64,000 bases of DNA from Candidatus Eiseniibacteriota bacterium (GTDB lineage Bacteria > Eisenbacteria > RBG-16-71-46): contig CAVUWA010000011.1 in assembly GCA_963744995.1 (NCBI GenBank), positions 384,001 to 448,000 on the forward strand. The letters are read 5' to 3'. Both the position numbers and the translations under genes were made by a program. Shown piece after piece: positions 39,247-51,051 of the stretch. The notes below the pieces were generated by a model, which did not search any database, was not told the DNA's origin, and saw only the letters and a list, made by a program, of their open reading frames with translations. Position 1 is the first letter of the stretch; each line of letters starts with the position of its first letter.

Positions 39247-41397
39247 ATGCCGCAACGATCACGCCGTTCGAAGCGGGCCGCGAAGGCCGGGCCGCAGGCG
39301 CCGCCGCGCGCCCGGGCACGTTCGCGCTGGCCACTCGTGCTCGGCGCGATCTTCGTGCTCGCGCTCATCTGGCGGATTGCGTACTTCATGCGGCTCCAGG
39401 GCTCGCCGCTGTTCGGCGCGATCTCGCTCGACGGCACGATCTACTGGCAATGGTCGTCGTATCTCATCGAGCACGGGTTCCGCGGGCGCAACGCGTTCTT
39501 CATGGGGCCGCTCTATCCCTACGTGCTCGCGCTGCTGCGCACGGCGCTCGGCTCCGACTTCCTGCGCCTGATGCTCGTGCAGGCGGTGTGGGGCAGCCTC
39601 GCCGCGGCGCTGCTCGCCGACGCCGCGCGGCGCACGGCGGGGGTCGTCGCCGGCGTCGTCGCCGGCGTGCTCGCGGCGCTCTACGGCATGTGCGTGTTCT
39701 TCGACGGGCAGATCCTGATGGAGTCGCTGCTGTTCTTCCTGGAGGCACTGCTGGTCTGGCTCATGCTGCGGGACGCCGGCCGCGCGCAGGGCGCGCGGCG
39801 CTTCGCGCTGCTCGGCGCGCTCGTCGGGCTGATCACGCTCGGCCGCGGCACCGGGCTGCTGTTCCTGGCGCCGGTCGCCTGGCTCGCCGTGCAGGGCGCC
39901 GGCGACGGCGGCGGGCGGCGGGCGGCGTGGCGCAGGGGCGGCGTGGCGATCGCCACGTGTGCGCTCGCGATCCTGCCGGCGACGCTCTGGAACTGGCACG
40001 CGGCGCACGAGTTCATTCCGATCACCTACAACACCGGCTACAACCTGTACGCGGGCAACAACGCGGAGGCGATGGGCGGCGCGGCGATGCCCGGTGGCCC
40101 GGCGGCGCCGATCGCCTCGCCCGGCTCGACGCCCGACGGCGGCGCCGAGGGCGACGGCCGTGCGTTCCTCCGGAACACCGAAGGCGTGGCGCTCACCCCC
40201 GTCGAGAGTTCCGCCTACTGGGCGAAGCGCGCGTGGACCTGGGTGCGGGAGCATCCGGGAACGGCCGTGCTCGACGCGGTGCGCAAGGTGCTGCTGATGC
40301 TGAACCATCGCGAGTACACGCAGTTCTACAGCCACCGGCTGTTCGGCGCCGAGGCCGGGCCGCTCGGCCTGCCGCTCGCGGGCACGTTCTGGGTGGTCGG
40401 CTTCCTCGGTCTCATCGGGCTCGCGCTCGGCAGCGGCGGGCGCGCCGCCGACGGGGCGCTGCGCCTCTACGCGCTCGCGGTCCTGGCGGGCGTGGTGCCG
40501 TTCTTCGTCACCGACCGCTACCGGCATCATCTGCTGCCCGCGCTGTTCGTAGGCGCCGGCATCGCGGTCGTGCGCCTGCACGCGGCGTGGGCGCAACGGG
40601 CGCGACGGGGCCTGGTGCGGCCGGCGCTCGTCGCATTCGTGGCGGCGGCGCTCGTCGCCTGGCCGCTGGTCGACACGCCGCCCGCGGCCGAGGCGTGGGC
40701 GGACGCGCGCGACCTCGGCGCGCGCTGGCTCGAGCTCAGGCGCCCGGATCGCGCCGTGCCCGCATTCGAGCGCGCGCTGGGATACGAACAGGAGCTGCTC
40801 GCCGAGGGCCGGGCGCCGATCGACGCCCAGCGTGCGCTGCTGCGCTTCAATCTCGCCGCCGCCGAGCAGCGGCTCGGGCGCACCGACACCGCACGCCGGG
40901 ACTTCGAGCGCGCCGCCCGGCTCGACCCCGGCAACGGGAAGTTCGCGCTCGCCCTGGCGGCCTTCTACGATGCGACCGGCGATGCGCGCCGCGCCGACTC
41001 GCTGCTCGAAGCGCGCCGTGCGGCGGGCGAAGGCGGGCCGCAGTTCGACCTCGCGCTGGCGTTTCGCGCCGCACGCGCGGGCGACCTGGCACACGCGGAG
41101 GTTCTGTTCGAACGGGTGATCGCCGCGGATCGCGCCAATATGACCGCGCGCGGTGCACTGATCCGGCTGCGGGTTCTGCGCGGCGACCTGGACGGCGCGG
41201 CGCACCTGGTCGCCGACTCGCGTGCAGCGGGCATGGACGAAGGCGTGGCCTCGCTCTACGAGGCGCTGATCGCTGCGAGCCGCGGCGAAGCGGACGCCGC
41301 GCGCGCGGCGCTCGCGCGCGTGCCGCCCGATGTGACGCGCTTCGACTCCAATCTCGGCCGGGTGCGCGCGCGGATCGAGCAGCTGCTCGGAGAGTGA
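39247..41397 (+). CDS. GT-C (ArnT/PMT-like) membrane glycosyltransferase with C-terminal TPR region
   Basis: D...Y..W, PLYPY.LA, NLYAGNN, FFVTDRYR; TPR-like helices at the C-terminus. Confidence 0.8.
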   Translation: MPQRSRRSKRAAKAGPQAPPRARARSRWPLVLGAIFVLALIWRIAYFMRLQGSPLFGAISLDGTIYWQWSSYLIEHGFRGRNAFFMGPLYPYVLALLRTALGSDFLRLMLVQAVWGSLAAALLADAARRTAGVVAGVVAGVLAALYGMCVFFDGQILMESLLFFLEALLVWLMLRDAGRAQGARRFALLGALVGLITLGRGTGLLFLAPVAWLAVQGAGDGGGRRAAWRRGGVAIATCALAILPATLWNWHAAHEFIPITYNTGYNLYAGNNAEAMGGAAMPGGPAAPIASPGSTPDGGAEGDGRAFLRNTEGVALTPVESSAYWAKRAWTWVREHPGTAVLDAVRKVLLMLNHREYTQFYSHRLFGAEAGPLGLPLAGTFWVVGFLGLIGLALGSGGRAADGALRLYALAVLAGVVPFFVTDRYRHHLLPALFVGAGIAVVRLHAAWAQRARRGLVRPALVAFVAAALVAWPLVDTPPAAEAWADARDLGARWLELRRPDRAVPAFERALGYEQELLAEGRAPIDAQRALLRFNLAAAEQRLGRTDTARRDFERAARLDPGNGKFALALAAFYDATGDARRADSLLEARRAAGEGGPQFDLALAFRAARAGDLAHAEVLFERVIAADRANMTARGALIRLRVLRGDLDGAAHLVADSRAAGMDEGVASLYEALIAASRGEADAARAALARVPPDVTRFDSNLGRVRARIEQLLGE

Positions 41398-41547
41398 GGT
41401 GCGGCCCGCGGGCGCACGGGCGCCGGAGCCCCGTCCGGGAACGCCGTCCGCACGCCTCGCGGCGGGGCTGGCCCGGCGTCACGCGCTGGGCTATATCTCT
41501 CTGTGGTCCCTGAAGTGCTTCGCAGAACCTTGTGCAAGGAGGTCGCA

Positions 41548-42363
41548 GTGAAGTCCCGACTGCTGATGGCAGTACTCGCGATGCTTCTGCTCACCCCCTC
41601 GGTGACACGCGCCGCATGGCGCGACAATCCCTACCGTGATCCCGCCGCACCGTGCTTCCGCTGGCCGGCCGGCGACTACGACGGCGACGGCGTGTTCGAT
41701 CGCCTCGACCGCTGCCCGGCGACCCCCCGCGGCTGCACGGTCGACGCCTACGGCTGTTCGCTCGACGGCGACCACGACGGCGTCTGTGACGGCCTCGACG
41801 AGTGTCCGAACACGCCGCCCGGCATGGCGGTCGACGAGCACGGCTGCCACGAGGGTGCGAGCGCGATGCAGAACACGCAGACCACCCCGCCGATCGCCAA
41901 GGAGATCGAGAAGCCGAAGCCCAGGCCGCAGCCGGTGTCGCCGCCGCAGTCCGAGGCCGAGCGCCAGCTGATCGCGACGGGCCGGATCCGGCTCGAGAAC
42001 GTGTACTTCGAAACGGCGAGCGCGAAGCTGCTGCCCGAATCGGAGACCTCGCTCAACGAGGCCGGCCAGGCGCTGGAGAAGTTCCCGATGCTGCAGATCG
42101 AGGTCGAAGGCCACACCGACACCCGCGGCAGCGAGACCTACAACATGCGGCTGAGCCAGGCGCGGGCGGAAGCCGTGCGCGCCTATCTGCTCGATCACTT
42201 CAAGCTCGACCCGGCGAACTACACGGCGCGCGGCTACGGCGAATCGCGCCCGGAAACGAAGGAGCGCAACGAAGAGGAGCTGCTCCGCAATCGTCGCGTG
42301 GTGCTGACGGTGCAGAATCCGGACGCACTGCCGAAGGGCGTCGAAGTCCAGCACGACAACTAG
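41548..42363 (+). CDS. OmpA-family peptidoglycan-binding protein with thrombospondin type-3 repeats
   Basis: DxDGDGVxDxLDxCP repeats; EGHTD.RGS..YN..LSQARA, GYGES.P, NRRV; RBS AAGGAGG. Confidence 0.92.
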   Translation: MKSRLLMAVLAMLLLTPSVTRAAWRDNPYRDPAAPCFRWPAGDYDGDGVFDRLDRCPATPRGCTVDAYGCSLDGDHDGVCDGLDECPNTPPGMAVDEHGCHEGASAMQNTQTTPPIAKEIEKPKPRPQPVSPPQSEAERQLIATGRIRLENVYFETASAKLLPESETSLNEAGQALEKFPMLQIEVEGHTDTRGSETYNMRLSQARAEAVRAYLLDHFKLDPANYTARGYGESRPETKERNEEELLRNRRVVLTVQNPDALPKGVEVQHDN

Positions 42364-42392
42364 CGCGCGCCGGGACGTCGAAGCGTGTCCGC

Positions 42393-42422
42393 AGAGCGGG
42401 CCGGCGAGTGCCGGCCCGCTCT
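42393..42422. terminator. 13-bp perfect hairpin between convergent genes
   Basis: AGAGCGGGCCGGC-gagt-GCCGGCCCGCTCT. Confidence 0.7.
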
Positions 42423-42428
42423 CTTCGC

Positions 42429-44520
42429 TCACGCGTTCCGCGGCGGCGCGCCCGGCATCCCCCAGCGCGCGATGATCGTCTCGGCGATCAGCAGGAGGAG
42501 CGCGATCACGACGAACCAGCTCCACAGCTCGCGGCCGTAGCGCGCCTCGCGCACGCGGGTGGCGAGATCGGCGCCGGGGCGCATGATGCGCGCGCGCCCG
42601 GGCGGGAACGCGCCGAGCAGCGCGGCGTCGCTCGCGGCCGCGAGGTCGGACTCGGACGGGTCGGGATTCACCGCGAACGTGCTGCGCAGCTCGGCGCCGC
42701 GCATGACGCGATAGAGCCCGGGCTGTCTCGAGCGGATCCGAGACGAGCCGGGTCGCGCCGGCGGCTGCGGTGAGCTCGCTCGGCACCTCCGCGCCGCCGG
42801 GGCCGTCGATCCGCCACGCGCCGGTCGAGGCGGGCGCGGTGTAGCGCTCGCCGGGCACCAGCGACGGCGAGGCGGTGCCGCGCGCGAGCACCTTCACGGC
42901 CTGGTGGAGCAGCGGCAGGAACGCGCCGCTCACCGGGAAGTCGGATGCCTCCGCGCCGAGCGAGGCGCAGAACACCAGCAGGTCGCGGCCCTCGACCAGC
43001 GCCGGATGCGCGCCGTCGAATTCGAGCAGCGTGCGGGTTCCCGGGGCGGGCGTGAACGCGCGCACGCGCTGGAAGCGCGCGTTGGAGAGCGGCTCGCCGG
43101 GCCGCGCCGGAAAGCCCGCGAGCACCGGGTGCCCGGCGGCGCGGCGGATCAGCCGCCACGCCGCACCCGGCGCGGTGCGCGCGATGCCGCCCACGGTTCC
43201 GGCGCCGATCTGGCCGAGCACGTTCTCGTTCCAGAACGCGGCATCGGCACGGTCGCCGAGCACGATGAACACCGCGCCGCCCGCGCGATGGTAGTCGAGC
43301 AGCGCCTGGAGATCGTTCGCCGGCAGGCGCTCGACGTCGTCGATCACCAGCGCGTCGGCGTCGTCGAGGTGGCCGGCGAGCCCGCCGGCCGCCGCCTCGT
43401 CGACCTCGAGCCCCGAGGCCGGCGCGCCGGCTTCGAGCGCGAAGCGCACCGGGGAGGCGGGATCGTCGTCGCGCAGCACGATGTGTTGCGTGCCGGCGCG
43501 GCCGGCGGCGAACCAGCGCCGGTCGTCGAGCGCGAGGCCGTCGGCGGGGATCTCCGCCACGCCGCCCGCGTCGGGAACCGAGGCGAGCGGCAGCAGCGTC
43601 GAAGTCTCGCCCGATTCCGGCACGTCGAGAAAGCCGCGGCCGATTTCGGCGCCCTGGCCGTCGCGCGCCACCACCGCGAGGTCGCCCGGCGCCGCGCCCC
43701 AGGCGGCCGCGGTCACCGACAGCGCAACGCCGCCCTCCGCAGGCGCGAGCGAAGCCGCAGCGATGCCGACGTTGGCGCGCGTGCGCGGCACCATCGGCAC
43801 CAGATAGATGCGCGATTCGTTCCACGGGCCCTCGGGCACCGCCACGTCGCCGTCGCCGGGCCGGGCCGCGGCGGCGGCGTCCGCACGGAATCCCGCGGCC
43901 TGGAAGTCGGAGATCCAGAACAGCTCGCGGTTGAGCGAGTGCGACCGGGCGAGCGCGCGCGCGGCGTATTCGAGTGCGGCGCGGTGCTCGGTGGTGGCGG
44001 CCCCCGCGTCGAACGCCTGCGCGGCGGCACGCAGCCGCGGCAGGTCGCCGACCGGCTCGGGCGTCACCGGATGCGGCGCCGTGTCGTAGGGCACCAGCAG
44101 CAGCTCGTCGGCCGGGCCCATCGTCTGCAGCAGGCTCTCGACCACGCGCCGCGCCTGGCCGGCGAGCGTGCCGGCGGGCGCGGTGCCGCCGCCCGCCGCG
44201 GCGGCCTCGGCGCTCATGCTGCCGCTCTCGTCGACGAGCGCGACGATCGTCGTCGCCGCGCCGCTCTTCAGGCCCGCCGTTCCCTTGAGCGCCGGACGCG
44301 CCATGGCGAGCGCGATCGCGAGCACGGCGAGCGTCCGCAGCAGCAGCAGCAGCCACTGCTTGAAGCGCAGGCGGCGGATCTCGCTCTGGTTGACCTCGGT
44401 GAGGAATTCGAGCGAAGGAAAGCGGACCTCGCGCGGGCGGCGGCGCGTGAACAGATGGATGAGGATCGGAATCGCCGCGGCGAACAGACCGAAGAGGAAG
44501 AGCGGGTTGAGGAAGCTCAT
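42429..44520 (-). pseudogene. BatA-domain/vWA membrane protein with a +1 frameshift near 42726 (real lesion or sequencing error)
   Basis: MSFLNP...PILIHL...FPSL.FL (BatA), DESGSM (MIDAS). The conserved tail QPGLYRV...FAVNPDPSESDL...ELWSWF lies in another frame; one extra base at 42726 explains the shift. Confidence 0.85.
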
Positions 44521-44582
44521 CGGCTGCACTCCTGGCGGGGGCGCGCGTTCGCCGGCGTGCTGTCGTGCCGAGCCGCGTTCAT
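44517..44582 (-). other. 21-codon mini-ORF (MNAARHDSTPANARPRQECSR) with ATGA overlaps at both ends
   Basis: Its start overlaps the stop of 44579-45205, and its stop overlaps the batA start. Confidence 0.35.
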
Positions 44583-45205
44583 CGCGGGTACTCCACGAAG
44601 CGGGCGAGCGAGTCGTCCCAGAGCTCGATGCCGGTGACCGGGTGGATCTCCCAGCCGGTCACGCGTGGCGCGGGCTTGTGGTGCCAGAGCCCGAGCGAAT
44701 CGTCGTACTGGTAGTCGAACAGCAGCCAGCCGCGGAAGCGCGCGCGGCGCGGGCCGCCGGTCCACGGGGTCGCCGTGCCGAAGTCCGGCCGCAGCGTCGC
44801 GGCGAGCGCGCCGAAACGCCAGCGCGTGGAGCCGTTGCGGAAGGCGGGCGTGATCTCGCCGGTCACGTACTTCTGAAACGCCCGCGCGGAGTCCGCACGC
44901 GGCACGATCTCGATATGGAGGTCGCCGTCGCTCGCGCGCAGCAGGTTCTGCACGTAGCCCTCGAGCGACACGCCGCGCCGCTCGAGCGCGGCGTACCCGG
45001 CCACGCCGAGCCGGTGCGGCAGCGCGGCGAAGCTGTCGACGGTGAACGGCTCGAACGACGCGGGCACGCCGTCGCGCTCCTTCATGTCGCGCAGATGGCG
45101 GGCCTCGAGCGAGGCGAACGGCCCTTTGCCGATCATGTGCAGGTAGCCGAGCAGGGCCGTCACGCCGAGCACCAGTGCGAACGCCGCCGCGATGCGGACG
45201 ATCAC
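44579..45205 (-). CDS. Hypothetical membrane-anchored protein with DGDLH...WEIHPV motif (possible OB-fold)
   Basis: GTGA overlap with DUF58; N-terminal TM; conserved-looking DGDLHI, GWL.FD and WEIHPVT.IE. Confidence 0.7.
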   Translation of the reverse strand: MIVRIAAAFALVLGVTALLGYLHMIGKGPFASLEARHLRDMKERDGVPASFEPFTVDSFAALPHRLGVAGYAALERRGVSLEGYVQNLLRASDGDLHIEIVPRADSARAFQKYVTGEITPAFRNGSTRWRFGALAATLRPDFGTATPWTGGPRRARFRGWLLFDYQYDDSLGLWHHKPAPRVTGWEIHPVTGIELWDDSLARFVEYPR

Positions 45206-46176
45206 AGCAGCCGCGCCCGCTTGCCGAGATACGCGAGCAGGGCCTGGTCGAACGGCGTGCGCGTGTCGAGCAGCACGTAGTCGATGCGCTGTTCGCGGCA
45301 CTGGCGGCGGTACTGCTCGGTCCAGGCGGCGAGCCTGGTCCGGTAGGTCTTCGCGATCTCCCAGGGTTGCGTCGTCAGCTGCTCGCCGGTCTCCATGTCC
45401 ACGAACGTGGAGGCGTCGGTGTAGGGGAAGTCGCGCTCGTCCGGATCGAGGATGTGAAACACGACGACCTCGTGGTGGCGATGGCGGAAGTGCTGGAGCC
45501 CCGAAAGCACGGCCGCCGGATCGTCCATCAGATCGGACATCAGCACGATGAGCCCGCGGCGCTTGATGCGCTCGGCGAGCTCGTGCAGCGCCGGACCGAG
45601 CTGCGTGCGGCCGTGCGGCTCGATGCCGCCGAGCACCTTCATGAGCACGTCCAGGTGCGAGCGCACCGCACGTGCCGGCACGTAGGCGAGCGGGCGCTCG
45701 GCGAACAGCATCGCGCCGACGGCGTCCTGCTGGTGCAGCATCAGGTAGGCCAGCGCGGCGCTCAACGACTGGCCGTACTCGAGTTTGCTCATCGCTGCGT
45801 GCTCGGAGCGGAACGCCATCGAGCCCGACAGATCGAGCAGCAGGTGGCAGCGCAGGTTGGTCTCTTCGGTGTACTGCTTGACCAGATAGCGGTCGCTGCG
45901 TGCCCACACCTTCCAGTCGATGTTCTTGAGCGGGTCGCCCGGCATGTAGGGGCGGTGCTCGGCGAACTCGACGCTGAAGCCGTGGAAGGGGCTGCGGTGC
46001 ATTCCGGCGATGAAGCCTTCGACCACCAGTCGCGCGCGCACGTCGAGGTGCGCGAGCTTCGCGACCACCGCGGGGTCGAGGTAGCCGTGGCGCGGGTCGC
46101 CGCCGCGGGCGACGCCGCGATCGGGCTGGGCGCCGGAGGCGGCGCGCGGGCCGGCGGTGCCCCTCAGTCGCGCCAT
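45202..46176 (-). CDS. DUF58 family protein (MoxR-associated)
   Basis: G.HRSPFHGFSVEFAEHR.Y.PGD...IDWKV.ARSD, DLSGSM. Confidence 0.93.
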   Translation of the reverse strand: MARLRGTAGPRAASGAQPDRGVARGGDPRHGYLDPAVVAKLAHLDVRARLVVEGFIAGMHRSPFHGFSVEFAEHRPYMPGDPLKNIDWKVWARSDRYLVKQYTEETNLRCHLLLDLSGSMAFRSEHAAMSKLEYGQSLSAALAYLMLHQQDAVGAMLFAERPLAYVPARAVRSHLDVLMKVLGGIEPHGRTQLGPALHELAERIKRRGLIVLMSDLMDDPAAVLSGLQHFRHRHHEVVVFHILDPDERDFPYTDASTFVDMETGEQLTTQPWEIAKTYRTRLAAWTEQYRRQCREQRIDYVLLDTRTPFDQALLAYLGKRARLL

Positions 46177-46940
46177 GCGGTCCAGATCATCTCGGCCATG
46201 TCGTTGTCGAGGGGCTGGCCTTCGAACCCGCCCAGGACCTCGAAACGCGTGTACCCCGCGGTGTGGAGCAGCAGCTCCATCTCGGCGCGGAACGTCCAGC
46301 GCATCGAGAACTCGTGCTGGTGCGACCGGCCCACGTAGCCGCGCGCGTCGGACTCCACGATCTCGGCTTCGATGCGCATGGTCTGGTCGACGCGGTCGCG
46401 GTAGGCGGTCGTGTAGTACATGACCGGCAGGCCGGTCTCGGGGTGCGCGAATTCGCGCTCCAGCACCTGCTCGCCGTCGGGGCCGGCGAGCCGCGCGTAG
46501 TTCGGAAAGAACACGTTGAACAGCAGCGCGCCGCCCGGTTCCAGGTGTTCGCGGATGATGCGCAGCGTGCGCAGCTGATCCGCGGTCGTCATCGCGTGCT
46601 GGAACACGCGGAACGGCATCGTGATCAAGCCGTACCGGCGCGGCATGGTGAAGTCGCGCATGTCGGCGACGACCAGGTTCGGCTGCCTGCCGAGCGCCGC
46701 GGCCTTCCGCCGGCAGATCTCGATCATGCCCTGGCGCAGGTCCAGCCCGTCGATGTCCACGCCGGCCTCGAGCGTCGGGATCAGGATCCGCCCCGTGCCG
46801 CAGCCGACCTCGAGCACCGGTCCGTGCGCATCTTTCGCGCGGTTCACGTAGAACGCACGATCGGCGTCGTACCATGAATAGACGAGGTCGTAGAGCTCGG
46901 GGGGCGTGTAGTCGGGTAGCGTTCTTCCCGTCATCGTCAT
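46164..46940 (-). CDS. Class I SAM-dependent methyltransferase
   Basis: [22 protein letters not shown]. Confidence 0.9.
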   Translation of the reverse strand: MTMTGRTLPDYTPPELYDLVYSWYDADRAFYVNRAKDAHGPVLEVGCGTGRILIPTLEAGVDIDGLDLRQGMIEICRRKAAALGRQPNLVVADMRDFTMPRRYGLITMPFRVFQHAMTTADQLRTLRIIREHLEPGGALLFNVFFPNYARLAGPDGEQVLEREFAHPETGLPVMYYTTAYRDRVDQTMRIEAEIVESDARGYVGRSHQHEFSMRWTFRAEMELLLHTAGYTRFEVLGGFEGQPLDNDMAEMIWTAWRD

Positions 46941-46947
46941 TCCTCTC

Positions 46948-48279
46948 CTACGCGGCGCCGGCGCGGCGTCCTTTCCACAGGTAGTACACGGGGAAGCCGA
47001 GCGCGGAGATGATCACGCCCGCGGCGGCGCGCACCCCCTGGTCGGCGAGATCGCTGGCGATCAGGGCGACCGTGACCAGAATGAACAGCACCGGCGTCAG
47101 CGGATAGAGCGGCGTGCGATAGCCGCCCGCGGCCGGGCCACCGCGCCGGCGCAGCACGAACACCGCCGCCGTGCTCAGACCGTAGAACATCCATGCCGTC
47201 GTCACGAACCACCCCGAGGCGTCCTCGAATCCGCCGGCGAACGCGAGCCACGCACACGACAGCACGGCCTGCACCCACAGCGCCGGGCCCGGCGAGCTCT
47301 TCTGCACGTCCACCCGCGCGAGCGGTTTCCACAGCAGGCCGTCCGCCGCCATGGCGAGCGTCACGCGCGGCCCGGTGAGGATCGCCCCGTTGGTGGTGCC
47401 GAACGTGCTCACCGCCACCAGCACCGCGAGCGCGGTGCGCCCGCCGTCGCCGAGAACGCGACCGACGGTCTCCGAGCCGACCGCCTCGAAGTGGGCGACC
47501 TCGACCGGGAGGAGCACCTTGTAGTAGGCGAGGTTCACGAGCACGTAGGTGACGATGACGATGACCGTGCCGCCGATGATGGCGATCGGCAGGGTGCGCC
47601 GCGGATTCACCACCTCGCCGGCGACGAAGGTGGAATCGGTCCAGCCGTCGTAGGCGAACAGCACCGGGATCATCGCCAGCGCGAACGCCACCATCAGCGA
47701 CGGATTCCGCACCGGCGCGCTGAAGGCCTCGGTGCCGTGCGCGTGCGGCAGCGCGAACGCCGCCACGATCAGCGCGAGGATGCCGAGCATCTTCGCGGTC
47801 GTGAACAGCTCCTGCGTGCGCGCGCCCTCCTTCACGCCGAGCCAGTTGACGAACGTGAGCAGCAGGATCGCCGCGATGCCGAGCCACAGCTGGGTCCACG
47901 CCGGCAGACCGAGCGCCTCGCAGAAATAGAGCGCGAACACGCTGACGATCGAGGCGATCACCGTCGGCTTGATCACCCACAGGTTGGCCCAGCCGTACAC
48001 GAACGCCCACGCGTCGCCGAACGCCTCGCGGATGTACACGTAGAGCCCGCCGGTCTTCGGCTGCTGGACCGCCAGCTCGGTGAGCACCAGCGAACCGCAC
48101 ATCGACAGGACGCCGCCCACGATCCAGGCGAGCAGCACCAGCGCGAGCGAGTCCATCTGCTGCGCGACGCTGTGCGGCGAGCGGAAGATGCCCGACCCGA
48201 CGATGTTGCCCACGGTGATGGAGGTGGCGGCGAACAGCCCGATCTGACGCTTCAGATCGACGTCGTGGTGGGACGACAT
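46948..48279 (-). CDS. APC-family amino acid permease
   Basis: [37 protein letters not shown]; about 12 TMs. Confidence 0.93.
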   Translation of the reverse strand: MSSHHDVDLKRQIGLFAATSITVGNIVGSGIFRSPHSVAQQMDSLALVLLAWIVGGVLSMCGSLVLTELAVQQPKTGGLYVYIREAFGDAWAFVYGWANLWVIKPTVIASIVSVFALYFCEALGLPAWTQLWLGIAAILLLTFVNWLGVKEGARTQELFTTAKMLGILALIVAAFALPHAHGTEAFSAPVRNPSLMVAFALAMIPVLFAYDGWTDSTFVAGEVVNPRRTLPIAIIGGTVIVIVTYVLVNLAYYKVLLPVEVAHFEAVGSETVGRVLGDGGRTALAVLVAVSTFGTTNGAILTGPRVTLAMAADGLLWKPLARVDVQKSSPGPALWVQAVLSCAWLAFAGGFEDASGWFVTTAWMFYGLSTAAVFVLRRRGGPAAGGYRTPLYPLTPVLFILVTVALIASDLADQGVRAAAGVIISALGFPVYYLWKGRRAGAA

Positions 48280-48408
48280 GGCGGCCTAGGCCGTGCCCGA
48301 GAACGCCCCATGCGGCGTTGCTCGGTCGCTCGTCGCTGGGGCGCATGCTCGCGATACGACCCGCTCCCCGCTTCTTCGCGCCTTGCCTTGGTCGTTCTCG
48401 AACACGGC

Positions 48409-49410
<1,002 letters not shown>

Positions 49411-49596
49411 AGGACGTCCTCGCGGGCGGGCCGGTAGGTGCGAAACGCGCGGTCCATGGAGACCGCGCGGGCGAAGTCGAGGAAGCCTAGCACGGGTGCC
49501 GGAGCGTATGGAACCGCGGCCGCGCGCGGCCCGCGCGCCCGCGCGAGGATTGACCGGATGCTGACGTGTGCGCCCCGCTCGGCCCGCGTGCGGCCG

Positions 49597-50445
49597 TCAC
49601 GTCGGGCCGGCGGTCGTCATCTCGTGCTGGCGCAGCCGCTCGACGAAGCCCAGCGCCTCGAAGGTGACGCGGTGAGGGCTCTCCTCCGGCTCGTTGAGCA
49701 CCGAGACCGGCAGCCCCGGCCGCCGTTCGAGCAGCGCGCCGATCAGCGCGGCGGTGGCGGCGGGGGATTCGGCCCACAGCGCGGCGATGCGCAGGCCCGT
49801 GGGCGACACGCCGTAGACGAGGAACGGGTCGCGGCCGTCGGCGCGGCCGAGCGCCAGCGCCTCGTGGCCGCCGCGGCCGAGCAGCGACGCGGGCTCGCGC
49901 TGCCAGCACGAGCCGGGCAGGGCGTTCTCGCCGCGCGCCTCGATCGCCGCGCCGAGCAGCACGTCGGGGTCCGCCTCACGGACGCGCGCGACGTCGGCGC
50001 CCGGGGCGTCCGCGCCCGGCGGGCGCACGTACACCAGCAGGTCGCGGTGCACGGCGAAGCCGGCGCCCAGATAGGTGCGGATGGCGAACTCGTTCTGCGT
50101 GATGACCTCGAGCTGCACGCGCGCGAGGCCGCGACGCGCGGCGTCTTCGCGCATCTCCTTCGCGAGCGTGCGCGCGAGTCCCTTGCCGCGATGTTCGACC
50201 GCGACGCCGAAGCCGCCGATCCAGCCGCGCGCGCCGCGCACGCCGAGCAGCCCGAGCGCGACGGCCCGGCCGGCCGGGTCGAGCCAGAGCGGCGAGGCCT
50301 CGCGGTCGACGTCGTTCGCGCTCAGGTGGTGTTCGAGCCACTCGGGCGTCATGTGCACGGGTACGACGTAGTTCTCGTACACGCGCATGAAGGCCGCGCC
50401 CAGGGCTGCGGGGTCCAGAGTTCCGACGTGCGTGCGGTGGATCAT
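49597..50445 (-). CDS. GNAT-family N-acetyltransferase (tandem fold)
   Basis: HRGKGLA, LEVITQN..AI..Y...GF; second ...FEALGF motif. Confidence 0.85.
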   Translation of the reverse strand: MIHRTHVGTLDPAALGAAFMRVYENYVVPVHMTPEWLEHHLSANDVDREASPLWLDPAGRAVALGLLGVRGARGWIGGFGVAVEHRGKGLARTLAKEMREDAARRGLARVQLEVITQNEFAIRTYLGAGFAVHRDLLVYVRPPGADAPGADVARVREADPDVLLGAAIEARGENALPGSCWQREPASLLGRGGHEALALGRADGRDPFLVYGVSPTGLRIAALWAESPAATAALIGALLERRPGLPVSVLNEPEESPHRVTFEALGFVERLRQHEMTTAGPT

Positions 50446-50494
50446 GGTGGCATTCTGTACCGGTACCGGGTGTCCACTTCCAGGGAGAAACCAC

Positions 50495-51025
50495 ATGCGG
50501 CAGGTCACGACGGTTCGCGGTTTCGCGTTCGGTGCGCTGGTGCTTCTGCTGGCGGCGTTCGCGCCGGCGCCGGTTCACGCCCACGACGGAGAGCACATGA
50601 CGGCAGCCGAAGCGGCCGAGCGGGACATCCGCCAGGCCGACATCGATTTCTGTGCGGCGGTCGCCGCCCACGACACGGACAGGTTCAGGACCTTCATCGG
50701 CCAGCGCGCCAAGTTCTTCGGCGGAGACGTCAGCATCGGTCCCGACGAGGTGTCGAAGGGATGGGCGCCGTTCCTGGATCCCGAATCGAAGCTCACGCTG
50801 ACGTGGGCGCCAAAAGAAGTCGTGGTCGCGGCATCGGCGGACCTCGGCTATTCGATCGGCGAGTTCGATTTCAGGAGCCCCGACAAAGAGGGCACGATCA
50901 CGTCGAAGCGCGGCTACTACGTGACGATCTGGCGCAAGGACGAGGACGGCCGCTGGCGCGCGAACGTCGACATCGGCACCCCGCCCGGCGTCGTCGACAT
51001 GACGAAGCAGATCTTCGCGGAGTAG
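50495..51025 (+). CDS. Secreted NTF2-like (DUF4440/YybH) protein
   Basis: Signal peptide; ASADLGY..G, G.YVTIWRK..DG.W....DIG. Confidence 0.85.
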   Translation: MRQVTTVRGFAFGALVLLLAAFAPAPVHAHDGEHMTAAEAAERDIRQADIDFCAAVAAHDTDRFRTFIGQRAKFFGGDVSIGPDEVSKGWAPFLDPESKLTLTWAPKEVVVAASADLGYSIGEFDFRSPDKEGTITSKRGYYVTIWRKDEDGRWRANVDIGTPPGVVDMTKQIFAE

Positions 51026-51051
51026 GTCCGGGCGCGCGGGGCGGCGGCGCG

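Noticed and set aside
41505..41518. Weak sigma-54-like GGTCCC-N4-GTGC before ompA, and similar weak GG-N10-GC hits near 23900 and 30180
   Set aside because: Several mismatches to consensus; GG-N10-GC is common at this GC content.
41491..42700. C-terminal ~400 aa of the 1012-aa ORF
   Set aside because: Read-through after the batA frameshift, running antisense to ompA.
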